Origin: Paramecium tetraurelia
Lineage: Eukaryota
Assembly (NCBI GenBank): GCA_000165425.1
Contig: CT868274.1
Coordinates: forward strand, 310,001-374,000
Length of the DNA stretch: 64,000 nt
Reading direction: 5' to 3'
The first letter of the stretch is position 1, and each line of letters starts with the position of its first letter. A program made the translations under genes and the position numbers. Below the pieces are notes generated by a model. The model did not search any database. It saw only the letters and a list, made by a program, of their open reading frames with translations, and was not told the origin of the DNA. Positions 12,775 to 25,457 of this stretch are shown here, one piece after another.

Positions 12775-14522
12775 TCATATTGGATGGCCAATCTTTTACA
12801 AATATCTGAAGTAATAAACAAAAATCATGATTGGTTATCCAATAAAACAAAAGGTCATCCAAAACATTAGATTACCCAATTAAGAGTCTTATAATTTGAG
12901 TATCTTATAAAAATAATATTGAATATTTACCTTCTCTAATTTCTTCTATAATAGCATGAATGGTGCCTATGCAAACATTCCTACAAATGCCCAAGCTTCC
13001 ACTACACCTATAGATGCGCTAACAATGTATTCATGACCTAGAGCTGATACTAAGAACACTATCATATTTGAAATTGTTCTGTTCATACCTGATTTAAGAC
13101 ATGGAAAATAGACATGCCCTATATTAATCATAATAATTTACTCACTAACCAATGATGGACAGGCAAATTCCATAATCTCCAATATTCTTCGAGATTCTTG
13201 CAGTTCCACCACTCCTTGTAAAACTCTCTATCTGCGAATCTCAAGAGTTCTGCTGTGATATTCAAAAAGCATTAGAATTATCCATAAAATAGTGCCATCC
13301 ACATATAAGTATTGGGTATTGCTAACTTTAATAATCTATCGGCAAGCACCATCAAAGATGGAGACTTTGATAGCATTTTGTAGGTATTCTCAACAAGTGG
13401 TTCTGTGTATTGGAACCAAATGATGACCAAAAAAAGAATAACGAAGATGTATTCGATTATTCTCTTGATCAACCAAACCTTTCTAATAGATTATGTTCTC
13501 AAATATGACAATTAGAAACACAATGTTGGAGCAGCTAAGAAGTATAAGAAATGTTTAAAGTCCAATATTAGCGATTGATCTTGTGAGTATTTCTCTAAGA
13601 TTTTTAGGTTTTCAGCATTGACCTCATATTCAGCGAAGAAATTGTCAAGAGGCACTTTCTTATTTTTCACTTACTTAATTCTTTAGATATAGAAGTAAGT
13701 ATTTCTCATAAAGTGAGCATAACTTATCAATTTCATGAAGGCTATGAATTAAACACCCAGTAAAATCAAATTCAATCCTGGATGTGACCCTTAAATTAAA
13801 TAGCAAGGTATTATTATGGTTAATACAATATTGGTAATATTAAAAGTTCTAATTATTCCAGTACTCAGATTTCTTTTAAATTGCAAATATTGAATTCCAA
13901 ACCCAATAAACAAATTAATCATTAAGATTAACAGAGCTTACATAATAGGATTGCCATTGATATTCATCATCTCAAACTTCCAGAACACATTCGTAATTAA
14001 CAGACCATACTTTTGAAAATTCTCGAATATTAATCTAATATGATTAGCTATTAATATCAAAATTCCCAGATTTAATATTCCTCGAAAATTCTACTCTGGC
14101 GATTCTGTACTTAATAACGATGTCCTCTCTTTTCTCACTGGCTGATATGCCAAAGGACCCATATACTATGTGTATGTTTTCCTTGAATTAATCTACATAT
14201 CATGAAATTGAATTACATTATGTTGTAAATAGGACATTGTTTTCTTGTCTGCAAATTTAATTGCTATAATTTTAGATTGATCCTTCTAATTCACAAATGT
14301 AATCGTTCTAATTTATAATCATTCTTACAATTAGGCTTCATCGATGATTGGCTAACATTTATCAAAAAGAAGAGAAAAGAGAATTAGATTCTCATTTTCT
14401 AAGACGCATAGTTTGTGTTATTCACATCTGAGGATGAAGGGCTTAAAGTCATCTCTAACTAACTATGTCAATTTGTCAGATGCATTAGAAATAAGCAATT
14501 CAGGATTATAGACCTTAATCAT
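12775..14522 (-). CDS. DGAT1: Diacylglycerol O-acyltransferase 1 (MBOAT family) with an N-terminal extension
   Basis: SLLSTESPEQNFRGILNL, FLAAPTLCFQLSY, RFADREFYKEWWN, YWRLWNLPVHHW, SALGHEY and GNLMFWMTFCFIGQP are DGAT1/SOAT motifs. The start at 14522 is inferred from an upstream open frame. Confidence 0.88.
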
Positions 14523-14851
14523 TATTATATTATTGATTCAATTAATTTCTCTCTCAATTATTGGAATATCTCCAAGGTTAATTCACTTGAATGGTTGTAA
14601 TTCAAAAACACCTGTAGACTCAATTTCTTAGCCAACGAACGAGCAAGAGTGTGCACCATCTCAGTTTAATTGTCAATGATATCTATCACAGTGGGAAGTT
14701 GATCATAGGGTGTGGCTATTGCAAGCACTAGAGACTCTACTCCTAGCATATCTTGATCAAAAAGATTGATGAGGACTTGATCAGGCATTCTTGTAGTTTG
14801 AGTAAACCATTTAATCTCATTGATTTGGAAAGCATTTTATTTTACAATCAT
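14519..14851 (-). CDS. PSMG4: Proteasome assembly chaperone 4-like protein
   Basis: Intronless 110-aa frame containing SLVLAIATPYDQLPTVIDII...HTLARSLARKLSLQVFLNYN, which resembles PAC4 LAVAM...LAQRLARKTNKQVFVSYN. Confidence 0.7.
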
Positions 14852-15088
14852 TTTATTATATATAAGGTTCACACATGTATTTATTGATTAATTTACTACT
14901 TGATTTAAGATTAATTGCTTATACCATAATTATTTCTTATTCCCTATATTATTGATATATTTAAATTTAATTCAATTTGAGAATCATAATCCCCAAAAAG
15001 GATCAAGTTTATTCAATGACAAGATTAACAGATTTTGATAAATAATTTTGATATTAAAAATAGATTTAACAAATACAATAAAAACGAC

Positions 15089-16406
15089 ATGTCAATCTCA
15101 AAGCGAAGTGAAAGACTAAGTTAAAAACAGGTTGAGAATAAGTGGATTGATAAAGTAGTCTGTAAAAACTATAAAATCATAAGTCCATTAAATTCAGGTT
15201 TAAATTCTTATTCATTTAGTAGGCTCTTTCGGTCATATCTATTTGGCAATCCATCAAATCAAATAAGAATATTATGCGGTCAAGATATTATCTACAGGGA
15301 AAAATCCAATTCTTGCTCAATCTGTTAAGAATGAAGTTGATGTACTTTATAAATTAAATGGGCGTATTGGATTTCCTCGCTTATATTATTTTATATAGAA
15401 TGGAACTGAAAACTTCATTGTGCAAACTTTACTAGGATAGAACTTGTACTAATTACTAATGCAAACTCCAAAAAAAGTATTCTCCTTAAAAACTGTTCTG
15501 ATGTTCCTAGATTAGGCAATAGAAAGATTACAATATTTGCATATGAATGATTACATACATAGAGATATCAAGCCAGAAAATTTCATGACAGGTTTAAAGG
15601 AAGATGAGATTTACCTTATTGACTTTGGATTTACATCAAAATATAGAGAATAAGGCTAGCACATAGAGAGATAGAAGAATGAAAATATCATTGGAACTCC
15701 TAGGTATTTAAATGATTAAATTTGATAAGCCTAGATTTTGCCCAATCTGTTCTCATTTGAGTTTGTCTTAAAACAGAGCTAGCGATTTAGAAAGTTTAGG
15801 ATACTTAGCCGTTTACTTTTTGAAAGGATCATTACCATGGATGCACATACATGCTGAAACCCCAGAGGAGAAAATAAAATTGATTGGACAGAAAAAGATG
15901 AATACATCAATTGAAGAACTATGGTATTTACTAATATAATACTAATAGTTTTGGATTGCCCAAAACATTTGAAGATTATTTTAAATATATCTAAAATATC
16001 TCATTTGATGGAGATCCAAATTATGATTACATTTAATAATCTTTCAAGAAATTGTATTAAACATTAGGATATCCATTTGATCAAAAGTTTGATTGGACCA
16101 AAGAGGAAATCAGAAATTCTCAAGATAATGAAATAAATACAAAATAATAATAGTTTTTGGAAGTTGGAAGGAAATCATTTACAGCAGATGTTAATATTGA
16201 AGAAATACCATCACAAATTTAAAAAAAGTAATATCTACCATTTTATCGATAGAAAAATAGAGAGAATCCATCATCTCAAAATTTAAGAAGATTTATTTTT
16301 GACTACTGACTTACAACAGGATGAAATCTAAGAATTTGAACCAGGACTTACATTGTTCGAGAGAATGCAATAGATAAATAAACAAAATTTAAAGAAATAA
16401 AAATGA
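15089..16406 (+). CDS. Casein kinase 1 family Ser/Thr kinase
   Basis: SGSFGHIY, YAVK, LLGQNLYQL, IHRDIKPENF, YLIDFG, IIGTPRF, DLESLGY and GSLPW; tiny introns; TGA at 16404-16406. Confidence 0.9.
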
Positions 16407-16427
16407 ATAAAAATAATATATTCTGTT

Positions 16428-18449
16428 ATGAGATAAAATATTTCCTTTCAACCATAAACAGATGACAAAAATGTTTTTCAATCGAACTCTTCCAATATAT
16501 ATGGTACAGGCAGATTTGGAGATATAAGACCAAAAAACATTACATTTTAAGGTAATGACAGTTAACATAACATGGTTTTTGATCCCAATAAAGTTTAATC
16601 ATCTCAACATATGACATTCTATAAATAAAATGATAGTAATAGATAATCAGGGGCTAAAGTTGGATCGTAAATAGATTCACAACAAAAAGGATTTGCATTT
16701 TCATAAAGTCCAAATCCATTTTTATAACAATCAGAACCATAAGAAAAATAATAATTTAGTAGTTAAGGATCTGATAAAAAGAAGGGAGCCTCAGATAAAT
16801 ATTTTAAAAATGGAAATCATTAATAATAGTTTTATAATAAAAATGCATAGCAACCCAATTTTGAAGAGAGAATTTGTGAATAACATGGAAATGCTGCCAA
16901 GTTTATTTGTACAACTGTAGGTTGTTTGGTTGGAGGCTTATGTGAGGAATGTTAACATTAATGTCCTAATATAACTGATATTGAAGACTATTTTAGAGTT
17001 TTAGAGTTGAAATTAGCAAATCAATAATTAGATGTGATATAAAATGAGAAATTTAAATCTCTCTCTTCAATTAGAGATTATTTTAATTAAATTCGACAGG
17101 ATATAATCAATCAAATAGATGAATTAGAAATCAAATTTATAGCAAAAGTAATTAATGAGACTAGTTTTAATATTGAATTGCCACATCAATTTGTTTAAGA
17201 GTTGTTTGAAACCAATTTAATAGATCTTACTAGATAGACTTCATAATTATCAAAACTCATATACAACGACTTTTTGAAGGTTTCAGAATTCAGCAAAGTC
17301 TTTGTATCTGATTAAAGTAGATTCTAAAAAAAACTATAAAAGAATATCTAATTATTAAATTAGCTTTTTAGTAATTTTATTTATTGTTGTGAATAATAGG
17401 TTTATAATTTTATTGATATTTTAGCTATTAAACTGTGTTGTCGATCATTCAGAATTAAATCTTTAATTGATTGATTAGTAATCATAGTTTCACTAAAGTA
17501 AAACTTTCGAGAATTAAATGAAGAACTTGAAATCCTACAAAACAATATAAAATAAATCTAAAAACATTTCTGACATCTGCTTAATTTCAAATTCAATGTT
17601 AGCCTCAGCAGAAGAAAATGGAGAAATAACCCTCTGGAAATTACCTTACTTTGTTTAAATACATAAATTTCAGCATGGTGTCGAGTGTATATCATTGGCT
17701 GCAATCAAGGATAATTAAAATACACAGTTTCTTCTGAGCGCGTATAAATTCAATTTTAAATTAGAGGCAAAGACAGAGATGAATACTAAATTTATTTATG
17801 GAATGTAGATCTAAGATCTAGAGTAGGTGATGTGATTGGCCATTCTAAACAATTAAGAAAGATTGTACCGTTGGCTTATTCACAAATAGCCTGGTGTTAG
17901 GATGATTCAAAAATAAGAGTCTGGAAATTAAATGAAAAAGAGCTAGCACATGAACTCAATGTCCATTCAGCCTGGATCAATGATTTATGTAAAGTATCAA
18001 GAACCTAAATTGCTTCTTGCAGTAGAGATTACACAGTGGCAGTCATTGATTATCTAACTGGAAAGACTAAATTTATTATCAAAGATGTCACCTATGTGAA
18101 TTGTGTTACATCAATCAATAGTGAATTGTTTGCTTTTGCTAATTATAATGGATAAGTAAAAATTTATTAAGTTGAACAACCATAACTTATACAATAAATC
18201 TAAGTATCGATGAATTGGATTGAAACTAATAGCATTTGGTACTTATGTAGAATCAGCAACGATATTCTAGCAGTATAATAGGCGAATGGAGAAACAAGCA
18301 TAATTGCCCTTGATTAGAGGAAAGAAAAAATTATCAAAACTATTTAATAAACAAAGAACACAAAATAGAATGCCCAAACTATGATGTTCGTTAACAACTT
18401 CAAATTTCTTATAATACCTCAACAAGGAGAAATGTAAGTTTTCCAATGA
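16428..18449 (+). CDS. WD40-repeat protein with a B-box-like Cys/His cluster and coiled coil
   Basis: CEQHGNAAKFICTTVGCLVGGLCEECQH, followed by WD40 repeats (GHSKQLRKI...DDSKIRVWKL; VHSAWINDL...ASCSRDYTV). Confidence 0.75.
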
Positions 18450-18460
18450 TTATGTATATT

Positions 18461-20254
18461 TCATTTTAAAATCTGAATCAATTCTTCAATGTCTGTTGGA
18501 CTCAATATTATTGGGATATCTAAACATTCTACATCATCAGTTATGGTTATGACCTGATTTTCAAAATGGCTCTCTCCAAAGAAGGAAACTTCAATGCCAT
18601 CATCCATTTCTATTGATTTAATTTTAAAATTCTAGAGCTTATCTGTTATCTCGGCATGACTACCACATAACTCAATGCTATCTCCGCTGAAATAACATTC
18701 AGAATACAAATTAACACACTTTGAGTTTTTATCATCATTATCATCCTGTAAATTCTAATCGTTATTATTATTCTAATCTGCATTACCATTACTGCCATCA
18801 TTATCATTTTGATTATTCTATGATCCATCATCATTTCCATTATCATTACCTTATGAATTATCTGATCCATTATCAGAACCATCTCCTTTATTTGAATTAA
18901 TTCCATCTCCATCTTTTCCTGTGCCATCTCCATCTACTCCTGTGCCATCAACATCTCCTCCTGTGCTATCTCCATCTCCACCATTACCATCTCCTTTTCC
19001 ATTTGAACCATCTCCACCTTATCCATCTCCTTCACCATTTGAACCATCTCCACCTTAGCCATCTCCACCTTAGCCATCTCCTTTTCCATCTCCGCTTTAG
19101 CCATCTCCTTTTCCATCTCCATCTGTACCATTCTTATTTCCTGCATTTGATCCATCTCCATTTCCATTATCCCCTTTACCATTATCAGAACCATCTCCTT
19201 TACCATCATTTGCTCCATCTGTTTTTCCATTTCCCCCATTAGATGTTCCTTATTAATTGTCATCACCATTATTATCATTCAGTCCGTCTCCTGCCTTGTT
19301 ACTATTTTATCCATCTGTTCCTAATCCATCATTATCCGCACCTGTTCCTGATTCATTATCTCCCTTTCCTTTACCTTTTTCCTAATCTCTTAATTAATCA
19401 TTATTATTTAATTCTGATCCATTCTATTATAATCCAGAATCATCTAGATCTTCAATTTTCTTATTAAAATCATCTCCTTTTTATTGTTAATGATCCTTTT
19501 ATGAAGATTATTTTAATTTCTCATTACTATCTTTATCCTTTAAGCTTCCTCTTGATTATCCAGCTTTGCCACTTTATTAAGGTTTTTTTTGAGATTATTT
19601 TGATCCTGATTTTGTTGATTTTTTTTTGTTTGCACTTTTAGGTTTGCATTACTTATATTTAGGAGGTTATTTTGATTCTATCAATTCAATGAATTCAGTG
19701 ATGAAGTTGAATAAATTCTAAGCATCTCTAAGATCTGTTTCTGTTCCATAAATAATATATATAAGAAATTACTCTTATTCTATGTTTGAGAATTCGATTA
19801 ATTGATCGTTCTCCTGTTACTTTTATGATACTACTTCATTTACTCTTGGATATATTACTAATCTATTTTAACTATTCGTTTTAATATTCATTCCTCTATA
19901 ATTCTCTTATTCAAACATTACAACTTGAGGATTAGTTTATTCTTTATCAATCACAAATTTAATATTTTCTCTAACATCCACTGCCAAAAGAGCCAATTTG
20001 GATGTAATTATTGTAAAGTATTGCTTAGTATAACTACTATCAAAAGTTTCTTAACTTAACCATCCGTTTGTTAAAGAAATAAATTATTTTCCATTTAATT
20101 GAACTGATTACAGCTAAAAAGCATCAATCGGGTTTTTTGATTCTTCTACAAATCCATCCAATAAGTCTTAATTTTCTTAAACCCAATTATGAAAGTCTTA
20201 TAAGAATGTCTGTCCAGAACTAATAACAAATAATATTAATAAGAATATTTTCAT
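18461..20254 (-). CDS. Secreted protein with a Gly/Asp/Asn low-complexity repeat and betagamma-crystallin-like motifs
   Basis: Signal peptide MKIFLLILFVISSG; VVMFEQENYRG; long (G/D/N)-rich tract; C-terminal CVNLYSECYFSGDSIELCG...IKSIEMDDGIEVSFF. Confidence 0.75.
18790..19270 (-). repeat. Coding tandem repeats (GGAGATGG-containing units; GDG/GNG peptides)
   Basis: Plus strand shows many CCATCTCC units, including near-identical 18-30 nt duplications around 19000-19120. Confidence 0.85.
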
Positions 20255-20916
20255 ATTAAAAATTAATTCGTTTTGATAATTTATAATTAATTCAATTAAG
20301 GCTTTTTTGAATATTTTAATAATAAACATATGGATTATAACCTATTTATATTGTAGTTAATTAGTTAAATCCAGCCATCAATCTTTGTTATTCATAAAAT
20401 CAATCTAAAAATTAATGGAATCTAAATATTTTTCAATTGAGAATAGAATAACCAAAGTAATCAATGACAATACCTAATATTAAAATACCTGGAAGGATAG
20501 TTCTAAGCACAAAAATAAAATTAATGAAGATTTCAGTTTCATTTATATTTCCAATCAGTTCCTATTCAAAATTCTACTTAAATATTCTTAAATTTTCTAT
20601 TGAGTCTATGATATTTTCAATAAATTAAACACATTCTTGTGAGTTAATTTAAAAATGAATCTCAAAATTTAAGTAATTGAATATGGTATGCTAATAACTA
20701 TGTGTAACAACAATAATTCCAGATCTTAACACATTATATTCAATAATGAATAAATTTATTTTTTCATTTATTTCAACTACTATTTGAATGATAGTACAAT
20801 TAGTGTAAATTCTTAAGAATGAAAAGAGAAAGATTAATTAAGATAGTAAAGGTTAATTGCAGGATTTATTGGGATGATTATAAAATTTTAATCATATTAT
20901 AATATAAATATTTGGA

Positions 20917-22316
20917 ATGCAAAGTAATTAAATTATTAAGATGGATAGATTATAAACTAATAACTAAGAAGGGGGAAGGCACATTTTCAGAAGTTATAAA
21001 GGCTTAGTCAATAAAAACAAGCTAATTAGTTGCTATTAAATGCATGAAACAAGTTTTTTAAACGATTGACCAAGTATTTAATTATTTCTAATTTTGGTTA
21101 ACAAATTGAAGGAAATTCAAGCTCTAAGAAAGTTGTAAAATCACGATCATATAATAAAATTAATAGAAGTGCTCTAGTATTATTCATTAATAATATATTT
21201 AGTGATGAACCAACAGGGAGATTAGCACTAGTATTCGAATTAATGGAGCAAAACCTTTATGAACATATAAAGGGTATCAATCATGTTTCATTAAATAGGT
21301 CGAAAAGTATCATTAAAATAAGACAAAATTAGAAGTTATACGTATTAGTTGCTCAAAGCAATAGATTTCATGCATACAAACAACATATTTCATAGAGACA
21401 TCAAGCCGTAATATTACTTTCAATATTTAGTGAAAATATACTGCTTTTAGGTGATCATCTAAAATTAGCCGACCTGGGATCCTGCAAAGGCATTTATTCT
21501 AAGCATCCATACACAGAATATATATCCACCAGATGGTATAGATCACCTGAATGCTTAATGACAGATGGTTATTATGACAGTAAAATGGATATATGGGGAG
21601 CAGGATGTGTCCTATTTGAAATTACTGCATTATTCCCTTTGTTCCCAGGAAGCAATGAGTTAGATTAAGTTCATCGGATTCATAACATTCTAGGCACTCC
21701 AAATCCTAAGGTGCTTGATCGATTCAGGAAACATGCATCTCATATGGAAATCAACTTCCCTTCCAAAGCAGGAACTGGGTTAGAAAATCTAATTCCACAC
21801 GCTCCCAAAGACTTAGTAGATTTAATTAAGCAAATGCTCATTTATGATCCAGAAGAGAGAATCAATGCAAAATAGGCACTCAGACATCCATACTTTAAAG
21901 AATTAAGGGATTAGGAATAATAGAAACTATTGGAAACCAGTCTATAATCAATCAAATTGCTTAAAAAACCGTATTTATTTCAATCTATTCAAAAAGTGAT
22001 GATTCCCTTATTGAAGAAGAATAAAACACTTCTCACATTTTACATAAAAAGACTTTATTTAATCAAACCAATAAAATATTGTAGAACTCTTTCAAAACTA
22101 GAAATTAATAACTCTTAGACTCAGTCAAATTGCCAACACTTACAAAAAAATAAGCAGACTTGAAAAAAGCATATGGACCTGCTCATTTTTAAAGTATTAT
22201 ATGAATCCTATTTGGTAGATAAAGATATAAAAAAAAAGTCTGTGTAATATGAATATGTTTTATATGGTAAAAAAGCAAATCTAGGTAATTTTTTAAATAC
22301 TATCAGACAAAAATGA
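20917..22316 (+). CDS. MOK: MOK/RAGE-1 (MAPK/MAK/MRK overlapping) kinase
   Basis: MQNYKLITKKGEGTFSEV, AIKCMK, FHRDIKPEN, and PYTEYISTRWYRSPECLMTDGYYDSKMDIW, the MOK-type TEY activation loop; multiple tiny introns. Confidence 0.9.
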
Positions 22317-22360
22317 ATAATATATTGATCTTATATTATTTTTAAATTATTTAATATTCA

Positions 22361-22963
22361 ATGAGAAAAGTAACAGCTAAGGTATTAGTGGTCGGTAGCT
22401 CTGCAGTTGGTAAATCTGCCCTGATCTAATTGTATACTACTGGAGAAGTCAATTTTCTGAAAGATTATCAATTAGTATGATTCCAATTCAATATTCTTAG
22501 ACTCAAATTGCTGAAATATCTACTAAATTGATTCCATTTGAATAAGAGGAAAAAGATGTCGAATTGTACTTATTTGATATTGCAGGATCTGAAATCTACG
22601 AATAAGCAATTTTAAAATCCAACATAGTCAAATTTAAATAATATTATTCAAGTTGAAAGACGCCAACTTTGTATTCCTATGTTATGACATGACCAAAGAG
22701 ACTACATATGAGGCAGCCAAAGAATGGTTTGAGAGAGTAACGAAGGCTAACGGAAAGAAGTTGCCGGGAGTTTTAGTTGCCATGAAATCTGACTTGCAGG
22801 CCATTAGGAAAATAGAAAACAAATAAGGAATGCAATTAGCTAGTCAATTGGGATTATCATTCTTTTCATTATCAACAGTAAATTATTATAATAATAAAAA
22901 TAGGCACGTAATCAAGACATTGATCATCCTTTTTAGCATATAGCGTAATAGTTAATTAAATGA
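22361..22963 (+). CDS. IFT27: Intraflagellar transport protein 27 (Rab-like 4 GTPase)
   Basis: KVLVVGSSAVGKSALIQ, FLKDYQLTQ, VELYLFDIAGSEIY and KKLPGVLVA; no C-terminal CAAX; three introns. Confidence 0.8.
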
Positions 22964-22981
22964 TATTAATTATTTTAATAA

Positions 22982-23635
22982 ATGGCTAACATATTAGACA
23001 TATTTAAAAAATCGATCAAATAAAAAACACAAGAGCAGGAAGGAAAATTAATGGAGTTTGATCTTGATAATGTTAAGATCGTGAAATTAGACAAATAGAC
23101 AGCTGAACTTCTTGAATCTCAAAGCCATCTAGAGTCTTTAAGTCTTGTAGAGTGCTCCTTAAAGACACTTGAGGGATTTCCTAAATTACCTAATTTATAG
23201 AATTTGGTGTTGGAAACTAATTAATTGGATGGAGAAGCAATTAAATTCATTGGCAATACATATCCAAAATTGTTGTGTTTAAGTCTAGCAGAAAACCAAA
23301 TCAAAACATTTGCTGTATCTAATTTAGTTTATCATTAGGATTTGGAGCCGATCAAGTAGTTGAAAAAATTACAATAATTAGATTTATCTGAAAATCCTAT
23401 AGCTAAATTGCCAGGATACTTCTAAAAGGTGTTTGATTTAGTTCCTGGATTGTCGGTTTTAGATAACAAAGATAAAAGTGGAAACGACATTTAATATAGT
23501 GAGGACGAAGATGAGCTTGTGGTAGATGATTCAGAAGATTCAGAAAACGAAATAGATGATGAGGATGATGGATTAGATGATGATGACGATGATGAAGAAT
23601 CAAGTCCAAAACCAACTAAAAAAGCAAAATAATGA
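22982..23635 (+). CDS. ANP32: ANP32-family acidic leucine-rich nuclear phosphoprotein
   Basis: LRRs (LKTLEGFPKLPNLQNLVLETN, LSLAENQIK, LDLSENPI), LRRcap YFQKVFDLVPGLSVLD, acidic D/E tail and terminal KPTKKAK. Confidence 0.85.
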
Positions 23636-23697
23636 TAAATTTATAAGATTTTTTGGTCCAATAAATTTTTATTTCATTTTATTAATGTATTACTCAA

Positions 23698-25422
23698 TCA
23701 TCTTTTCGCTCTTTATAAAATATTTTTTAAATTATTTATTTTATTATCCAGATCCGTCACATTTCCAGACTTCCTTTCATATTGATGCACCTGCTTCATT
23801 GGCTACTTATAATTATTAGCAGATTGATTAGTCCTTTATTTCACTTATTGTTATGGCTGAATCTTTTGTTGTTAGTAGTTTTATCTTGGAGGAGATGGCT
23901 ATCTAAAGATATTATTTCTCCCAGGAGAAGGTTTCTATTAAGCAACTGGAGATGCCCTATTGGGAGTAGGTCTCATCTATTATTATGGTCTTGCCGGAGA
24001 GGGTTTCTTCTAAATGGGCTGTTTATTCATTGGAGAAGTGTTATAGAACTTCGGTTTCTGATAGGCAGCCTAATTTTGAATATGATTTTACTGAATTTTA
24101 AGTGGAAGTACGCGAATTCTTGCTTAAAGCTGGAGAAGCTTGTCTTACATTAGGGGAAGCATTCCCAGATGAATTATTCGAGTTTAATCTATTTGGAACA
24201 GAATAATTAGACTTCCTACTTCCATTGGAATGATTACTGTAGGGTGAATAAAGCCTATCAGTAACTCCCTTGTAACTAAACTTTTTCATCGATTAAGATA
24301 GTTCAGTCTCCAATTGATTTATTCTTCTTTTTTAGACTGTGTCTTATTTCTTTAACGAATCTATTTATCTATGATTTTATCAATTACATACTAATTAAGG
24401 CCTTCCACTTCTTTTTCGTATTTTTATATTGTTTTTTAGGCTTTCACTAATTTGCTTTCCTCCTCCTCATTCATTAATCTGATATGATCTTTGATTCTAC
24501 TGTCCATTTCAACTTTGCCAATCAATTGTGTCAACTCCTTCTTAAAAGCATTTATCTAATCTTTATTAACTTTATATGTACTTCAGCCATTTGCATGACA
24601 ATTTCTGTGCTTTTTTAATTGAGTTGTTGTTCTAACTTTTAGATTTTGTCTTCATATAATAATTTAGATGTAGTAAACATATTTTACAAGTCTTCATTAT
24701 CTCGAACTAATTAATCTACTTCAACTGCCCCCTTTTTTTAAGTCAAAGCTTCTTCCAATCTCTTTACTTTGGCTTTCAATAATTCATTTTGATTCACTAG
24801 AGAATCAGGAGTTTAAATATCCCTTTTGCTTTTGGAAAATGAATTCGAAGCCTAGAAATCTGCATCATTTGATTTTTAGAGTTTGTAATCAAAGAGTTCT
24901 GTTTTTAGATTCTGTATTTTGGTCATTAATCTAGAGTTTTCAATTTATTCTTCATAATTTAAGGCCAAAGGGTAATGAATTTTTTCAAAATCAGTTTAAT
25001 ACGACAAAATCAGATATCGTTTATTGACTTTCTAATTATTGGATGATGTTCTAGAAAGATTGCTTTGATCTTATGATTTCTATTATTTCAGATTCTCAAG
25101 ATCTTGATACGTCAAAATTTCAAATAAAACCTATTTAGATTATATAATACATTCTCGTTAGTTTTTTGTAATGCAGTTTATAACATGGAGAGAAATATGT
25201 TAAATTTTTTTGGGTTTCCTGTCTTGCGAGTAAGTTCTTCAATATAATCAATGGTGTAAGTATTTTTCCAGATCTGAGGTTCATATTTAGATTCTAATTC
25301 TATATAACTAAGGGTATTAATTATGCATACAGCAAATGATCACTAGCTTGCATGCTAATGACGTATTCCATTCCTTGAAGAATGATGTCTGTTTCTAATT
25401 ATATTTTTGGATTATCTAGCAT
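23698..25422 (-). CDS. CCDC61: CCDC61/VFL3 basal-body coiled-coil protein (SAS6-like head domain)
   Basis: WKNTYTIDYIEELTRKTGNPKKFNIFLSML, EILTYQDLE, KRYLILSYQTDFEKIHYPLAL, and C-terminal DLDNKINNLKNIL. Confidence 0.85.
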
Positions 25423-25457
25423 TATAGTTGAAAAAAAATAATAATACAAACAAAATT

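Noticed and set aside
14193..14216. 24-nt GT...AG segment in DGAT1 as a certain intron
   Set aside because: It is a multiple of 3 with no in-frame TGA, so it could equally be coding; this cannot be decided without cDNA.
18646..19467. Met/Glu-rich and His/Leu-rich ORFs in the supplied track
   Set aside because: They are alternative-frame or antisense readings of the Gly/Asp/Asn repeat in the 18461-20254 gene.
23403..24153. Poly-His, poly-Met and Leu/Trp-rich standard-code ORFs
   Set aside because: They are shadow frames of the ANP32 acidic tail and the CCDC61 C-terminus.
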